64,000 nt of DNA from Eledone cirrhosa (taxonomy: Eukaryota): assembly GCA_964016885.1 (NCBI GenBank), contig OZ024757.1:39494001-39558000 (forward strand), in the 5' to 3' direction. The position numbers and the translations under genes are program-made. Shown piece after piece: positions 1 to 14,234 of the stretch. The notes under the pieces are model-generated. The model did not search any database. It worked only from the letters and a program-made list of their open reading frames with translations, and was not told where the DNA came from. Each line of letters begins with the position of its first letter. Within the stretch, counting starts at the first letter, position 1.

Positions 1-199
1 CAATCGAGTTATTAACAAGATACAGCTGAAATTAATGCATGCAAGATTTCACAGCTCTAGAAACATCCTTCGTAGGTTAACCAAGTTCTTCTCATATATA
101 TATATATATATATATATAATGCCAATCATTGTAAGTTTGAATCTAACTGACATGTAAGAACATAACAGAAAGAAAGAGAGAGATAGGGGGGAGAAATGA

Positions 200-815
200 A
201 GTGCAACAGAAGGGAACATGGATTACAGGTTAAAATATAGTCTAGATAGATGAGAAACAAAACGAGGATGTAGTTTATAGAACACCCAAATGATTTATAA
301 GTCGACCTTAAGTAGGAGCAATAACATTAAGAAAGACATGAACAGCACTACATCATTTTCTTTTGAAAATTTTGAAAGTAGGTTTATAAGTATCAATTTC
401 AGTAGATGTTCGTAGTTGTCTCTGTGGCCTAGCGCTAAGTACAAGAGATGGTGGTGATCATGGTCTTGGGTTCAATCCTGGTCGAGAGGTATATGTAATC
501 ATTTTCAAATTTTTAGTTTACATCCCATAGAAAAAAACTAAAAAGTTTTACCGGGAACACCTCTCCCGACCAGGATCGAACTTCAGACCAAGATCTCCAC
601 CGACTATGACTCTCCCAAGCAGACCACCGAGACACTTACAAGAGTTTAATGAAAATTAATAATTATAAACCTACTTTCAAAATCATATTTAAAAAGATGA
701 ATTATTATTCATATTTAGGGTCGACTTGTCAATCTTCTGGCTCTTTGGTAACACCCTTATTATTCCTATATGTGTTTAATTGTAGAATTAATTTAATTTG
801 ATTAGTTTAACAAAT
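200..815. mobile_element. Dispersed repeat with an internal palindrome containing two convergent tRNA-like (SINE-head) modules
   Basis: Reverse complement matches 58325-58880 and 58930-59365. Internal inverted repeat TTTGAAAGTAGGTTTATAA (~371-389) / TTATAAACCTACTTTCAAAA (~663-682). B-box-like GGTTCAATCC at ~469 (+) and GTTCGATCC at ~573-581 (-). Confidence 0.75.
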
Positions 816-884
<69 letters not shown>

Positions 885-984
885 AACTTAGGCAATGTTG
901 GGTCGTGTGAGATGGAAAGGTTTTATCATGTCACCACAAAAATTTAAAGAATTTAGAGGTGGTTGTTACTAGAATACACATGAA

Positions 985-1210
985 AATTCAATGACTATAG
1001 TTACGATAGCAATGTCTTGTCACATTCTGTATCACACTGAATCTCCCTGAGAACAACTTTAATGGCACACACGTGTCGATGGAATGCTCAACCACTTTAA
1101 TTTCACACACCAGGATGTTCCGTTGATCTAAATCTTCTTTATTCACACATCAAAATGTTGTGTTGATCACATAAACTGGAACCTCCTCGTCGTAACCGAC
1201 GGAGTGCCAG
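985..1210 (+). mobile_element. Decayed SINE 3' portion (octopus-type)
   Basis: Ends in AACTGGAACCTCCTCGTCGTAACCGACGGAGTGCCA, resembling a common cephalopod SINE tail recalled from memory. Confidence 0.55.
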
Positions 1211-1499
1211 TACACTTAGTACCAGTAAACTTAATACTTTGTATATTGAATCCGTCTGTCTGTCCCTCATTACTATTTGTGTACATTTGATTAAAAATGT
1301 CTTCCACAACTACTAAATCTTCATTAGTCTTTGCCATTCCACATTGATCGGCATTTACTTACGTTTTGACAGATATCTCTGGAGAATTCGCAATTTTTGT
1401 GGCCTAAAACGGTTCACATTTGCATGTTTCACATTCCTTCGAGGTTAATAAATTCACAGCAAACATCAGCATCAATAATGAACTATAGCATCTATTGTT

Positions 1500-2527
<1,028 letters not shown>

Positions 2528-2528
<1 letters not shown>

Positions 2529-2693
2529 TAAAGAAAAAGAGATGAAATCGAAAATGCAACTGGAGTCTTATTTTTTTAAAAAGAAAATAAGACTCCAGTT
2601 GCATTTTCGATTTCATCTCTTTTTCTTTATACTTTCACTCATGTAGGACACCTCGGTTATTTTTCATTTTGTAAAAAAACCCTCACTTTCTAA
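2528..2693 (+). mobile_element. (TA)n-flanked fold-back element (inverted arm + tail)
   Basis: ATAAAGAAAAAGAGATGAAATCGAAAATGCAACTGGAGTCTTATTTT is mirrored at ~2584-2631, followed by a ~60 bp tail. A related copy lies at 36688-36905. Confidence 0.8.
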
Positions 2694-2875
2694 TATATAT
2701 GTATATATATATATATGTATATGTATATATATATGTATATGTATATGTATATTTATTTCATTATAATACCATTATATATTTTAAAGGATTGTAAATAAAA
2801 CGAGTAAATCAGACAAAGTTGGAATTCCTCTTATTAATATATATATGTATATATATATGTATATGTATATATATA

Positions 2876-3385
2876 TAAAAACAAATAACGAAACGAAATT
2901 AAATTTCGTTTCGTTTGTAACTCACTTTTGTATGACTGACGCTTAAACAATTAAGTTAAAAATGTACATCCACATATGTATACTGAAATACTAGTATGCA
3001 TATGAATACACACACGTATACATATGTAGATGTACCGAGTTTTTCACTGGTCACTTTACTGTGAGTGTCCAGCTATTCTGTATGTAAACACACAGACAAA
3101 CCGGTTTTTAGAGTCATACTCGTTTTTGAGGAAACACCTTTCCTCTATTCTCCAGAAAGCCAGACAAGGAATATTGAACTAGTTTCGATGTTGTTACATC
3201 TCATCAGCAATATTTACCTATCTTCCGGCCTTTCTAGAGAATCGTAAAAGCACATATCGTTATATGCTTTTTCTATGAAAATTAGTAGTGGGCAGACTAA
3301 TTTGCATAGAGCGTGAGTACGTACCGGTTCAACGGAGACGATAAAAACAAATAACGAAACGAAATTAAATTTCGTTTCGTTTGTA
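2876..3385 (-). mobile_element. Hammerhead-containing retrozyme-like element, 466 bp monomer + ~45 bp terminal direct repeat
   Basis: ACAAATAACGAAACGAAATTAAATTTCGTTTCGTTTGTAA occurs at 2881 and 3347. Flanked by (TA)n, with an internal hammerhead. Second copy at 42670. Confidence 0.8.
3170..3214 (-). ncRNA. Minimal type I hammerhead ribozyme
   Basis: Minus strand reads AATATTG-CTGATGA-GATG TAACAA CATC-GAAA-CTAG-TT-CAATATT: 7 bp helix I, 4 bp stem II, palindromic helix III, GUU site. Confidence 0.85.
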
Positions 3386-3578
<193 letters not shown>

Positions 3579-3592
3579 TGTATATATATGTG

Positions 3593-3660
<68 letters not shown>

Positions 3661-3772
3661 GAAGTAGTAACACAACAGTTAGTTCACCATACAGAGAACA
3701 ATAGTTACACCTTAGCGGATCTTCAGCTCGTACTGGTCATGGTTATATGCCCATATATATATATATATATGC

Positions 3773-3821
<49 letters not shown>

Positions 3822-3961
3822 GTTTAGCCAACAGAACGTGTGTATAAGATACAGGCGTCCTGTCGAATATATGACAGTATTTAATTAGCTCAATGCTTGA
3901 AAGCAGAGCCGTTATATGGAACAAAAACAAAGAGCGCTTACATCATCAATTAATATTTATT

Positions 3962-4008
3962 TGCTGACAGTGTTTCGTCCTTGCATAATTGCTGGACTCA
4001 TCGGAGCG
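3962..4008 (-). ncRNA. Hammerhead ribozyme, core-mutated copy (CCGATGA)
   Basis: Inverted copy of 5242-5288 with a T>C change in the core. Confidence 0.65.
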
Positions 4009-5241
4009 TTATAAAGAGGAATTAGATCAATAGTATAAACTCTACCGACCTATATCACAAGAACGATCCATATGTAGCACAGAGGACTAAGAAGAGTGGG
4101 GTGCTTGGACGACGCGTCACCGCTAGAAGCCGATACATAGACCAAAATCAGTTACAATAATTAAAGATAAGGAAAAAGAAGGAAAAATAAGGTAAAATAA
4201 TTAAAGATAAGGAAAAATAAAAGATAAGGAAATTAAAGATAAGAGATAAAACGTAAAGGATAGAGTCTAGAAGTAAGGATAACAATAAAGATAACAATAA
4301 AGCGATGATAATATAAGGAAATATAAAAAAACAATAACAAATAATAAAAATAAAAATAAACATTAGAATAAAAAATAGGAGGTGATAAAAATAACAACAA
4401 AAATGAAACATAAAAGATAACACATTATATAAGCAATGCAAATAAATACAAGTAAATATGGTTGTAGACAGTAGAAGATTCCAGAGGTGACAGTTTAAGA
4501 ATGGTATCAACCAAAGTGAATGTAAGCAGAGTCAGATATAGCGGGAGTCAGATGAAGCGATCATATAGTGCAACTCCATGTATCCATCACAGTTTGGCGA
4601 CAAGTGTTATAGGTGGCGTTCAAATGCAATTTATCTGTGTGATTCACAGAACATACAGGTCGCTAAAGCAAAGTGTAGTGGAAGCAGGTGAAAGCAATCA
4701 TCATAGATATCAGTAGAACATAACGTGTGCGCGTGTGTGTTAGTCTACATAGACCCACTCACACACGCACACACACATATACATATACATATATATATAC
4801 ATGTATCTACGTGTTCCACTCGTCCGTGTTATCCCTTACGATTACAATACTATCTACTCCAGTCTCATGCCGTGATCAATACCTCCGCATCATAGCTGTG
4901 GGGCTGTGAATCCATGTAATCCCAAGTTTCCCAGCATACCACGTGGTGTAACGATTGACTTAAATTCTCCAAGTCATATAGGTATAGATGTAACTATACA
5001 TATTAAGCTGTAAGGTACATTCGGCGCATCCACAGTGTCGCTTACTATATTCCAACCTGGTACAATGGTAATCCAATATGCTTAAATTTAATTAATTAAA
5101 TCAAATCAATTGACCATTTAATTGATTCCGGCGCTTCTGTGTTCTTCACTTTGCCCACATTCAAAGATTAACACTCAGAATATGATGACCTTTAACATAG
5201 GTCGGTAGAGTTTATACTATTGATCTAATTCTTCTTTATAA

Positions 5242-5288
5242 TGCTCTGATGAGTCCTGCAATTATGCAAGGACGAAACACTGTCAGCA
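5242..5288 (+). ncRNA. Minimal type I hammerhead ribozyme
   Basis: TGCT-CTGATGA-GTCC TGCA ATTA TGCA A GGAC-GAAA-CACTG-TC-AGCA; GUC site. Confidence 0.85.
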
Positions 5289-5331
5289 AATAAAGATTAA
5301 TTGATGATGTAAGCGCTCTTTGTTTTTGTTC

Positions 5332-5403
<72 letters not shown>

Positions 5404-5451
5404 AGACGTAAAATAAGAAAATTATAAAATTAACTTACTTACTAAAATATC

Positions 5452-5536
5452 ACTTCCAACTAATTAGTTTCTGGAATGGAGTAAATATATTTTCCGAAGA
5501 ATAATATACAGAGAAGCATTCCGTCGTCAGGAAAGT
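5452..5536 (-). ncRNA. Type I hammerhead ribozyme with extended stem II
   Basis: Minus strand reads ACTTTC-CTGACGA-CGGAATG...CATTCCA-GAAA-CTAATTAG-TT-GGAAGT. Confidence 0.75.
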
Positions 5537-6222
5537 CTATTCTCATGTAAGTTTCCAGGCAAAGCGAGGACACTGGAAACTTATTAAAAAAATAATTCAG
5601 TGGATAGGAAATAGCGAAGCGTGGACTGAATTCCAAGCCATTGAGAAAATCACTGCCTCTACGTCTGTGGAAAATTCAAAAAGAATCGAACACGTGACAT
5701 CGAGGTTAATCAGTGGAAAGTGGTTTGCTAATAAGACAGCGGCCTGCCTACAACCGTAGCAGCAGTCATGGCCAATATTGCTCGACAAATAATTTGGAGA
5801 TAATAATAAATAATTCATATCTAGTAACATATATATACAGATGCATATCAATGCTAGCAAATATATAGGTTTTGTCTTAATAACAGTGTGGTTCAATGCA
5901 TGGGGTTGCAGAACAATAATATAAGAGACGTAAAATAAGAAAATTATAAAATTAACTTACTTACTAAAATATCACTTCCAACTAATTAGTTTCTGGAATG
6001 GACGGTTGTAGGCAGGCCGCTGTCTTATTAGCAAACCTATTTCCACTGATTGACCTCGATGTCACGTGTTCGATTCTTTTTGAATTTGCCACAGACGTAG
6101 AGGCAGTGATTTTCTCAATGGCTTGGAATTCAGTCCACGCTTCGCTATTTCCTATCCACTGAATTATTTTTTTAATAAGTTTCCAGTGTCCTCGCTTTGC
6201 CTGGAAACTTACATGAGAATAG

Positions 6223-6307
6223 ACTTTCCTGACGACGGAATGCTTCTCTGTATATTATTCTTCGGAAAATATATTTACTCCATTCCAGAAATTAATTAGT
6301 TGGAAGT
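6223..6307 (+). ncRNA. Type I hammerhead ribozyme (second copy)
   Basis: Same as 5452-5536 with one substitution in helix III. Confidence 0.7.
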
Positions 6308-6476
6308 GATATTTTAGTAAGTAAGTTAATTTTATAATTTTCTTATTTTACGTCTCTTATATTATTGTTCTGCAACCCCATGCATTGAACCACACTGTTA
6401 TTAAGACAAAACCTATATATTTGCTAGCATTGATATGAATCTGTATGTATATATATGTTACTAGATATGAATTCTT

Positions 6477-6522
<46 letters not shown>

Positions 6523-6524
<2 letters not shown>

Positions 6525-6670
6525 TGAGTTCAAATTCTGCCGGAGTTAGATTTGCCTTTCATTCTTACGCTGTCGCTAAATGAAGTACCAGTAATGCACT
6601 GAGGTCTATTTAATCGACTTTCTCCTCTTCCGAAATTACTATCATTGTGTCTAAAGTAGAAACAATTATT
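6523..6670 (+). mobile_element. tRNA-derived SINE, 5'-truncated
   Basis: TTCTGAGTTCAAATTCTGCC...TTTGCCTTTCATTCTTACG...AAGTACCAGTAATGCACTG...GTAGAAACAATTATT; the family occurs more than 12 times in the window. Confidence 0.8.
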
Positions 6671-7102
6671 TTACAATATCACTTATAGTAATAGATATTA
6701 ATCACAGCTAGGTTAGTAAGTCGATACAATATACTTATTTGCTTTGTCTCTCAATATACAGGGAAACATCCATTATGTTACATGTTTGTATACTAAAAAT
6801 GATTATATTTGTAGACCTCCCCACCCTGCAACTGATACGCCACCTTTTGTATATATATACCTATATAACTTCATCACAAATTTTTGGCTTCTTCGTTCAC
6901 AACATTATATAATAAAAAACACCCAGAATATTAAATTGTATCATGATTTTTCAACCTAAGAGGGCTTTAACTGCTACAGAATTCAATCTTCATAGTCAAA
7001 TAAACAGAGCTTTTGATATTTACATAGAATTTATTTCATTAATACTTCGGCACGAATGCTATGCTTCACTGATGAACTCACAATCAAACTGAGAGGTGAC
7101 AC

Positions 7103-7139
<37 letters not shown>

Positions 7140-7190
7140 AAGTGTGTGTCTGTGTGTATATATGTCACTCTCTCTCTGTCTCTCTTTCAC

Positions 7191-7267
<77 letters not shown>

Positions 7268-7330
7268 ATAAAATATATATATATATATATATTTATACAC
7301 ACACACATATATATATATAGAGAGAGAGAG

Positions 7331-7362
<32 letters not shown>

Positions 7363-7420
7363 ATATATGTATATATATACATAAATAGACATAAATAGAC
7401 ATATATATATACATATATAG

Positions 7421-7471
<51 letters not shown>

Positions 7472-7552
7472 AGTTATTCAGGGTTGAGTCGGAGGTAACC
7501 ACAGTAAGTAAGGTACTCAATACATAGTCCTGTAGAATCTCATCTATATTAA

Positions 7553-7591
<39 letters not shown>

Positions 7592-8221
7592 TAATATTGT
7601 GTTATTATTTCTGGCAATATTATAACAATATGACCCTCCCCAAGTATAACTATATATATATATATATATATACTAATATTTGAAATCAGTGGATTCTATG
7701 GCTAGACAGAATGGTAAATATAGCAGTCACAAGGCATAGGTTAATATCCACGTTCGATATATATATATATATATATATATATGTGACAGGACATTTTAGA
7801 AATATACAAAAATACCTAAGTATTATCAACTCTTAATATAAGAGTGTAATAACTAACTTAAGATAATTAAAAGTGGTATATCAATTTTAATATATTTAAT
7901 CATCATGATACGAGAAATAAAATGAAAAATAACTATCCAAAAATAAGTAAATACTGATAGAAAAGAACTTTAAGTGGCGCCATTGTACCTCTGAACAATA
8001 TGGCGATGGTATTCAAGAAAATAGCTTATAGAAAACAATTGAAAATTTCGCATAAAAGCAAAGTGGGACATATTGTTTTCTAAGTAAAAACATAATATGC
8101 TAAGTTGAATAAATTTAAAAATTCGTCTCCTTTATTCATAATTCGGATGTTCCAAGTTTTCTCTAATAAAAAATGTCTACGTTTGAAAGACTAAAAGCGA
8201 GAAGGAAAAAGTTATGCATGA

Positions 8222-8305
<84 letters not shown>

Positions 8306-8414
8306 CTCTGTCTGTGTGTGTGTGTGTGTTTTGTGTGAATATATATGAGCGTGTCTGAGTGTGTGTGTCTCTATGTAACAGTCTATATATAGGTGTGTGC
8401 GTGTTTGTATGTGA

Positions 8415-8472
<58 letters not shown>

Positions 8473-8579
8473 TAATATATATATACACATACATATGTAT
8501 ACATATACATATATATACATATACATATATATACATATACATATACTATACATATATATATATATATATACATATATAC

Positions 8580-8648
<69 letters not shown>

Positions 8649-9180
8649 TGTTTGTATATACAGACGCACACGCACGCACCTATATATAGATGGTTCATTG
8701 GAGACACACACACTTAGACACGCACATATATATAGTAGAGGCAGAGACATACAGACAGAGAATGAGAGAAAAAGAAAAGAGTAAAGATAGAAGAAGAAAA
8801 AGAAGTTAGAAACAATAGTAATTTTGTATACATTAAACTATTATCAGGCCACAGTATTAGGATATATAGAATGGAGACAGGTCTTTCATATTAAAATTTC
8901 GAAATGCCTTTGTGCGATCTTCTGTATTTTGAATTGCAAATTCAAACAATTTTAAAAGACTATGAAAAACGAAGGAAACATATAGGTTTAGATTAGATGT
9001 TAATTTACATATTTTAACATAATTTGTCTGAGATAGGAAATATGTTACATTCAATAATATCAACAACTAGGCAAAACAAATACAATAAACTATAAAGAAA
9101 ATGGTATTTTAATTTTTCTAGGAAGACCAAGTCCTTCGTGCTAAAGTTAATAGTACGTAAATATAAATATGAATATGTAT

Positions 9181-9242
<62 letters not shown>

Positions 9243-9518
9243 TATGTATGTATGTATACATATACACTCACACGTGTGTGTGAAAAATATACTGAAACAA
9301 CGAAGAAAACATCACGGTAAAATGACGAAATATATTAGTTTATCGCTTGATGTAGGAGGATAACAGCCTTTACGTTTCGTGGTCTAGTCTTGCATCAGCA
9401 CATAGAACTGGGAATGACAGATCAAATAGAAAATTAGGGAGTGAGTAGCGGAAGTAAAGTAAAACATTTTTCATTCTTCCGGTGAAAAATCTTGTATGTC
9501 AGTCAGTCATTTGGGGGA

Positions 9519-9566
<48 letters not shown>

Positions 9567-9569
<3 letters not shown>

Positions 9570-9733
9570 GGCTTCTACAGGACTAGAACTGTTTCATTCG
9601 GCAGAAATCACCGGGAAGCCCGAATGAAACAGTTCTAGCCCTGTAAAAGCCATTTCTATATTAAATATTTATACTCTTCTATGTATTAAGTACGTTACTT
9701 ACTGTAGTTACCCCCTATTAAACCAGGGATAAA

Positions 9734-9736
<3 letters not shown>
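9567..9736 (+). mobile_element. Short fold-back element with a hammerhead 3' half and tail
   Basis: AATGGCTTCTACAGGACTAGAACTGTTTCATTCGG is mirrored by CCGAATGAAACAGTTCTAGCCCTGTAAAAGCCATT. The tail is related to 7471-7556 and 47170-47228 (both -). Confidence 0.7.
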
Positions 9737-9807
<71 letters not shown>

Positions 9808-9817
9808 TATATGTATA

Positions 9818-9890
<73 letters not shown>

Positions 9891-10083
9891 ACATATATAT
9901 ATGTATATATATATATATATATATGATGGCTGCCCCCTCGTTATCGAGTATGGCCATATATATATATATATACATACATATATATATGTATATATATATA
10001 TATGTATATATATATACATACATATATATATGTATATATATATATGTGTATATATATATACATATATATATTTACGTATATAA

Positions 10084-10114
<31 letters not shown>

Positions 10115-10193
10115 CATATATATACATATATATATTTACATATATATATATACATATATATATATACATATATATATACATATATATATATAC

Positions 10194-10228
<35 letters not shown>

Positions 10229-10451
10229 CATATATATACATATATATATGTATATATATATACATATATATATATACATATATATACATATATATATGTA
10301 TATATATATACATATATATATATATACATATATATATATACATATATATATGTATATATAAATACATATATATATATACATATATATATATATACATATA
10401 TATATGTATATATATATACGTATATATATGTATATATATACATATATGTAC

Positions 10452-10524
<73 letters not shown>

Positions 10525-10545
10525 TATGTATATATACACGTATTT
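9736..10545. repeat. (TA)n/(TACA) microsatellite containing a ~35 bp RTE 3'-end fragment (9925-9957, -)
   Basis: Minus strand TGGCCATACTCGATAACGAGGGGGCAGCCATCA resembles the 3' end at 27202-27232. Confidence 0.85.
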
Positions 10546-11534
10546 ATATGCCTTCTTCTCCGCCTACTTCTTCGTTTTTTCTCTTCCCCTCTCGTTCTGC
10601 ACCCACTTATTCCTGGAGGGAGAGTCATGAGCCTAGAGTCTCCAAACTCTCCTTCCAGCGGGTCATATCAGAAGCAACCGTCTCAAATTGATCTGGTAGG
10701 TTACCCAAGCGAGAGCAGCCAAGCTCATGCATGGTATTCCTCGTGGTTTACCTCTGGGTTTCCTGAAGCTTATCTTTGCCCGGAAAATCTGCCCAAATAT
10801 TGTTTCCTGAGATATTCTAATCTCATGCCTGTAATATAGAAGCTATGCTCTCTCAATTCGGAGAAGAAGTTCAACCTGGCCAGAAAATCTCTGATCTCCG
10901 AACGAGCTATGTAATCTATCTAATTATGTTACTCTAATGACCTTTTATGGATTGAAATGATTAATATGATTGATTAAATCAAAGCGCTGCCCCAGCATGG
11001 CTTCCCCGATGTCTAATGATTAAAACCATCACTGCATAAACACACGTACAAAAACAACGCAAAACACACACACACACACACACGTGCACACAGACACACA
11101 CACACACGTGCACACAGACACACACACACACACATAGAGTCTTTAATAGATGACATCAATCAGTTTGACGACATAAATATGCGAAACATCAATTGTGTAG
11201 ATACACATCGACGAATTCCGCTTGATTCCTCATCTCTATCATCAGTTAGGTTTCATTTAGAAGCCGCCTTTATCGAACAATTAATTAACCTACCACTATT
11301 ATCCATTATATTTTTATTTTGTTTTTACTTTTCTTGTTGTAGTTTTTGTTGTTTGGTTCATCTTTCGATATCCATTAAATCATTTCATCACAGATATTCA
11401 GCTGTCTTCTTGCCAAACATTCAACATATATTTATCTACAGGAAAAACAAAATCACCATTCACTTAATATTTAGTCATGAATTATTAGAAAGATTTTACA
11501 GTGATTATTTGTATTATTATCATTATTGTTATTC

Positions 11535-12030
11535 GTTGGATTGGCAGAATCGGTAGAACGTCGAACCACTTGTTTTGTGGCATAGAATTAACCCCCTTTT
11601 AGTTCTGAGTTTTAATTCTGCCGGGGTTAGCTTTGCTTTTGATCCTTACGAGGTCAATAAAATAAAATACCAGTAATGCACTGGAGTCGATTTAATCGAC
11701 TGTTCCCTCAGTTTCAAATTGCTAGCCTTGTGACTATAGTAGAAACAATTGTTATTATTGTTATTACTATTGAGTTCAAATCTCGCATTCATCATTACGG
11801 GGGTTGATAAAATAAAGTACCAGTAATGAAATGGAGTCGATTTAATAGATTTTCCCTCCCACAAAAATGTTTGGCCTTCTACCTACATCAGATGTCGTTA
11901 CTTCGTGCGGTGTATTGGCAGAATCGTTAAAATATTGGACAAATGTTTACCATTTTTTTTATTCAGATCTTTATCTTTGAGTTTTCCGTCCCCACAAAAT
12001 TCCTGGCCTTAAACCTAATTCCGAACCCAT
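11535..12030 (+). mobile_element. Cluster of three decayed SINE copies
   Basis: Repeated TTGGCAGAATCG...GAGTTCAAAT...ATAAAATAAAGTACCAGTAATG...GGCCTT motifs. Confidence 0.75.
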
Positions 12031-12312
12031 TATTATTATTATTGTTGTTGTTGTTATATCGACAAGATCGATTCTTAGATACTAACTAAATATATTAGTT
12101 AATATGACAATTTTGTTTTATGACGCAGCGAAACATTTCTTTATAACTGATTAATGGGGAAAAATATACTTTATCTGTAAGATTTGGAGGGAAGGTGTCG
12201 GAATATTATAATGGAAGCATTAACGTCATCGCCAGCATCTAATTTAAGCTTTATAATATCTCAGATAATATTCTCCGAGGAGAAGACAATATATATAAAA
12301 ACTATAAGAATT

Positions 12313-12495
12313 GTTTCTACTTTTCACACAAGGCCAGCAATTATCCCAGTGCATTTACTGGTAATTAAATTTATCGACCCAGTAACGATGAAAAGCAAAG
12401 TTAACTTCGGTGGGATTTAAACTAAGACCGTAAAGAGCCTTAACTCATGGCTGCATAGCATGGCATCTGGCTCTCTACTGATACTGCGAATGCAA
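12313..12495 (-). mobile_element. SINE copy
   Basis: Reverse complement of the same SINE family. Confidence 0.7.
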
Positions 12496-12785
12496 TGATG
12501 ATTTTAAATTTAGGCACAAGGTCAAAAAACGAAAGACACAAATCTTCAAGGTCTTCAGCCTTTGAAATGAAATTTGGCAGTTTCCACCCCTATAAACGGT
12601 ACTGCTGGTCCAGTAGGGATCGCAGCGTCAGACAAACAAGCCAAAACAATAACTTACAGCAATTAAATCATCAGGCGTCCACTAAATGACCCCAGCCTGG
12701 CCAGAATGTGTCCTTGATGACACGGATAAATCCAAGATATCAGGTCTCACCATTCAAACAGAGCACAAACGTGAACACAACAGGC

Positions 12786-12901
<116 letters not shown>

Positions 12902-13071
12902 ATTTCATATATATATATGTGTGTGTGTGTGGTGTATGTATGTATCTATATATGTATGTATATTTCTATGTATTTATGTACATATGTACTTATATATGTA
13001 TGTGTGCGTATGTATGCCCGAATGTATGTATGTATGTATATATATATGTATGCTTGCGTACGTATAATATA

Positions 13072-13455
13072 TATATCAATAATATTAATGAATGGAAACT
13101 ATATTTATGAAACCATATTTATTCTATTATATATATTTCAAGAGTACCAAAACTTTGGTACGCACTCATCAGATAAAATACAAAGTTTGTTTTATAAATA
13201 GTGACATACCCAGGAATCAAACCTTAGAAGTTCAAGGTATGTCACTATTTATAAAACAAACTTTGTACTTTATCTGATGAGGGCGTACCAAAGTGTTGGT
13301 ACCCTTGAAATATATATAATAGAATAAATATGGTTTTATAAATATAGTTTCCATTTATTAATATCATTGATATTATACTCCAGAAAACATGTCGAGTGCT
13401 TCGTATCTGTTATAAGTATATTTGTTGAATTACCAACAAATTAAATATCCCTTTG

Positions 13456-13458
<3 letters not shown>
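13072..13458 (+). mobile_element. Fold-back hammerhead element (arms ~13074-13210 / 13236-13372, plus tail)
   Basis: ~135 bp inverted arms with a few substitutions; 3' tail; (TA)n flanks. Confidence 0.85.
13269..13323 (+). ncRNA. Minimal type I hammerhead ribozyme (inverted copy at 13123-13177)
   Basis: TTTAT-CTGATGA-GGGCGTACCA AAGTGT TGGTACCCTT-GAAA-TATATA-TA-ATAGA; AUA site. Confidence 0.75.
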
Positions 13459-13527
<69 letters not shown>

Positions 13528-13574
13528 CATATATATATATATACATATATATACACAACATATATATATACACA

Positions 13575-13629
<55 letters not shown>

Positions 13630-14234
13630 GTATGTATTTCTCTCTTTGACTACCTCTCATCTCCCATTTTTCTTTTTTTTTTTCATAAACATATTCAAAT
13701 TCTTTTATAGAAATAACTGAATTAAATTTATAATCAAATTAAATAGATAACTAAATATAATTTAAAAAGCTTATCGCAACAGGAACTGCACTCAGTTTTC
13801 AACAAATGTTGCTTGTAAATCTATTGAAATTGAAAAATAAATGAGATAATGAATTGCTGTAGCATTTTAGCATTCTTAGATTGCTGCATATTAATTTTAT
13901 AAAGCCTTTATATTTGTATTGGTTTCTTTTGGTTTTAGTTTGTTTGTTTGCCTGTTTGTCTATTTGCTTGTTACGTTGTTATTTTTATGAACTCACATTA
14001 TTACTTTAAATTGATTTATCACTCCAATATTTTGGTTTGCTTTGGGATATAAAATTCAAACCGAAGGGATATTGAATTGACACATATTAAAGAGAACAAA
14101 ACCTAGGAAAAACCATAAATAGTAAACATGGATGTCAGTAAGAGTCGAAGTAGCATAAGTAAAAAAAAACATGACAAATATAAAACATATAAACTAAATA
14201 AAGATACAATAATAATAACAACAACAATAGTAAT

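Larger units (their letters stand above)
3820..5333 (-). mobile_element. Penelope-like non-autonomous element with ~135 bp inverted pseudo-LTRs and a 3' tail
   Basis: 3917-4053 is the reverse complement of 5197-5333 and both arms contain a hammerhead. Extra tail at 3820-3916. Flanked by (TA)n/(CA)n. No recognisable ORF. Confidence 0.8.
5401..6482. mobile_element. Retrozyme-like element: 522 bp permuted monomer present as ~1.15 copies (-) joined to ~0.9 copy (+)
   Basis: AAGAGACGTAAAATAAG recurs at 5401 and 5923. 6002-6482 is the reverse complement of a permuted part of the same unit. Flanked by (TA)n. Confidence 0.85.

Noticed and set aside
415-635. Functional tRNA genes
   Set aside because: Cloverleaf stems and anticodon arms are not intact; treated as tRNA-derived repeat modules.
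7069-7100. CTGATGA-ACTCA..TGAGA hammerhead start; similarly eroded motifs at ~9370-9400, 36072-36092, 40180-40210, 42376-42420 and 58200-58228
   Set aside because: The cores or helices are incomplete. They may be PLE-end relics but cannot be supported as ribozymes.
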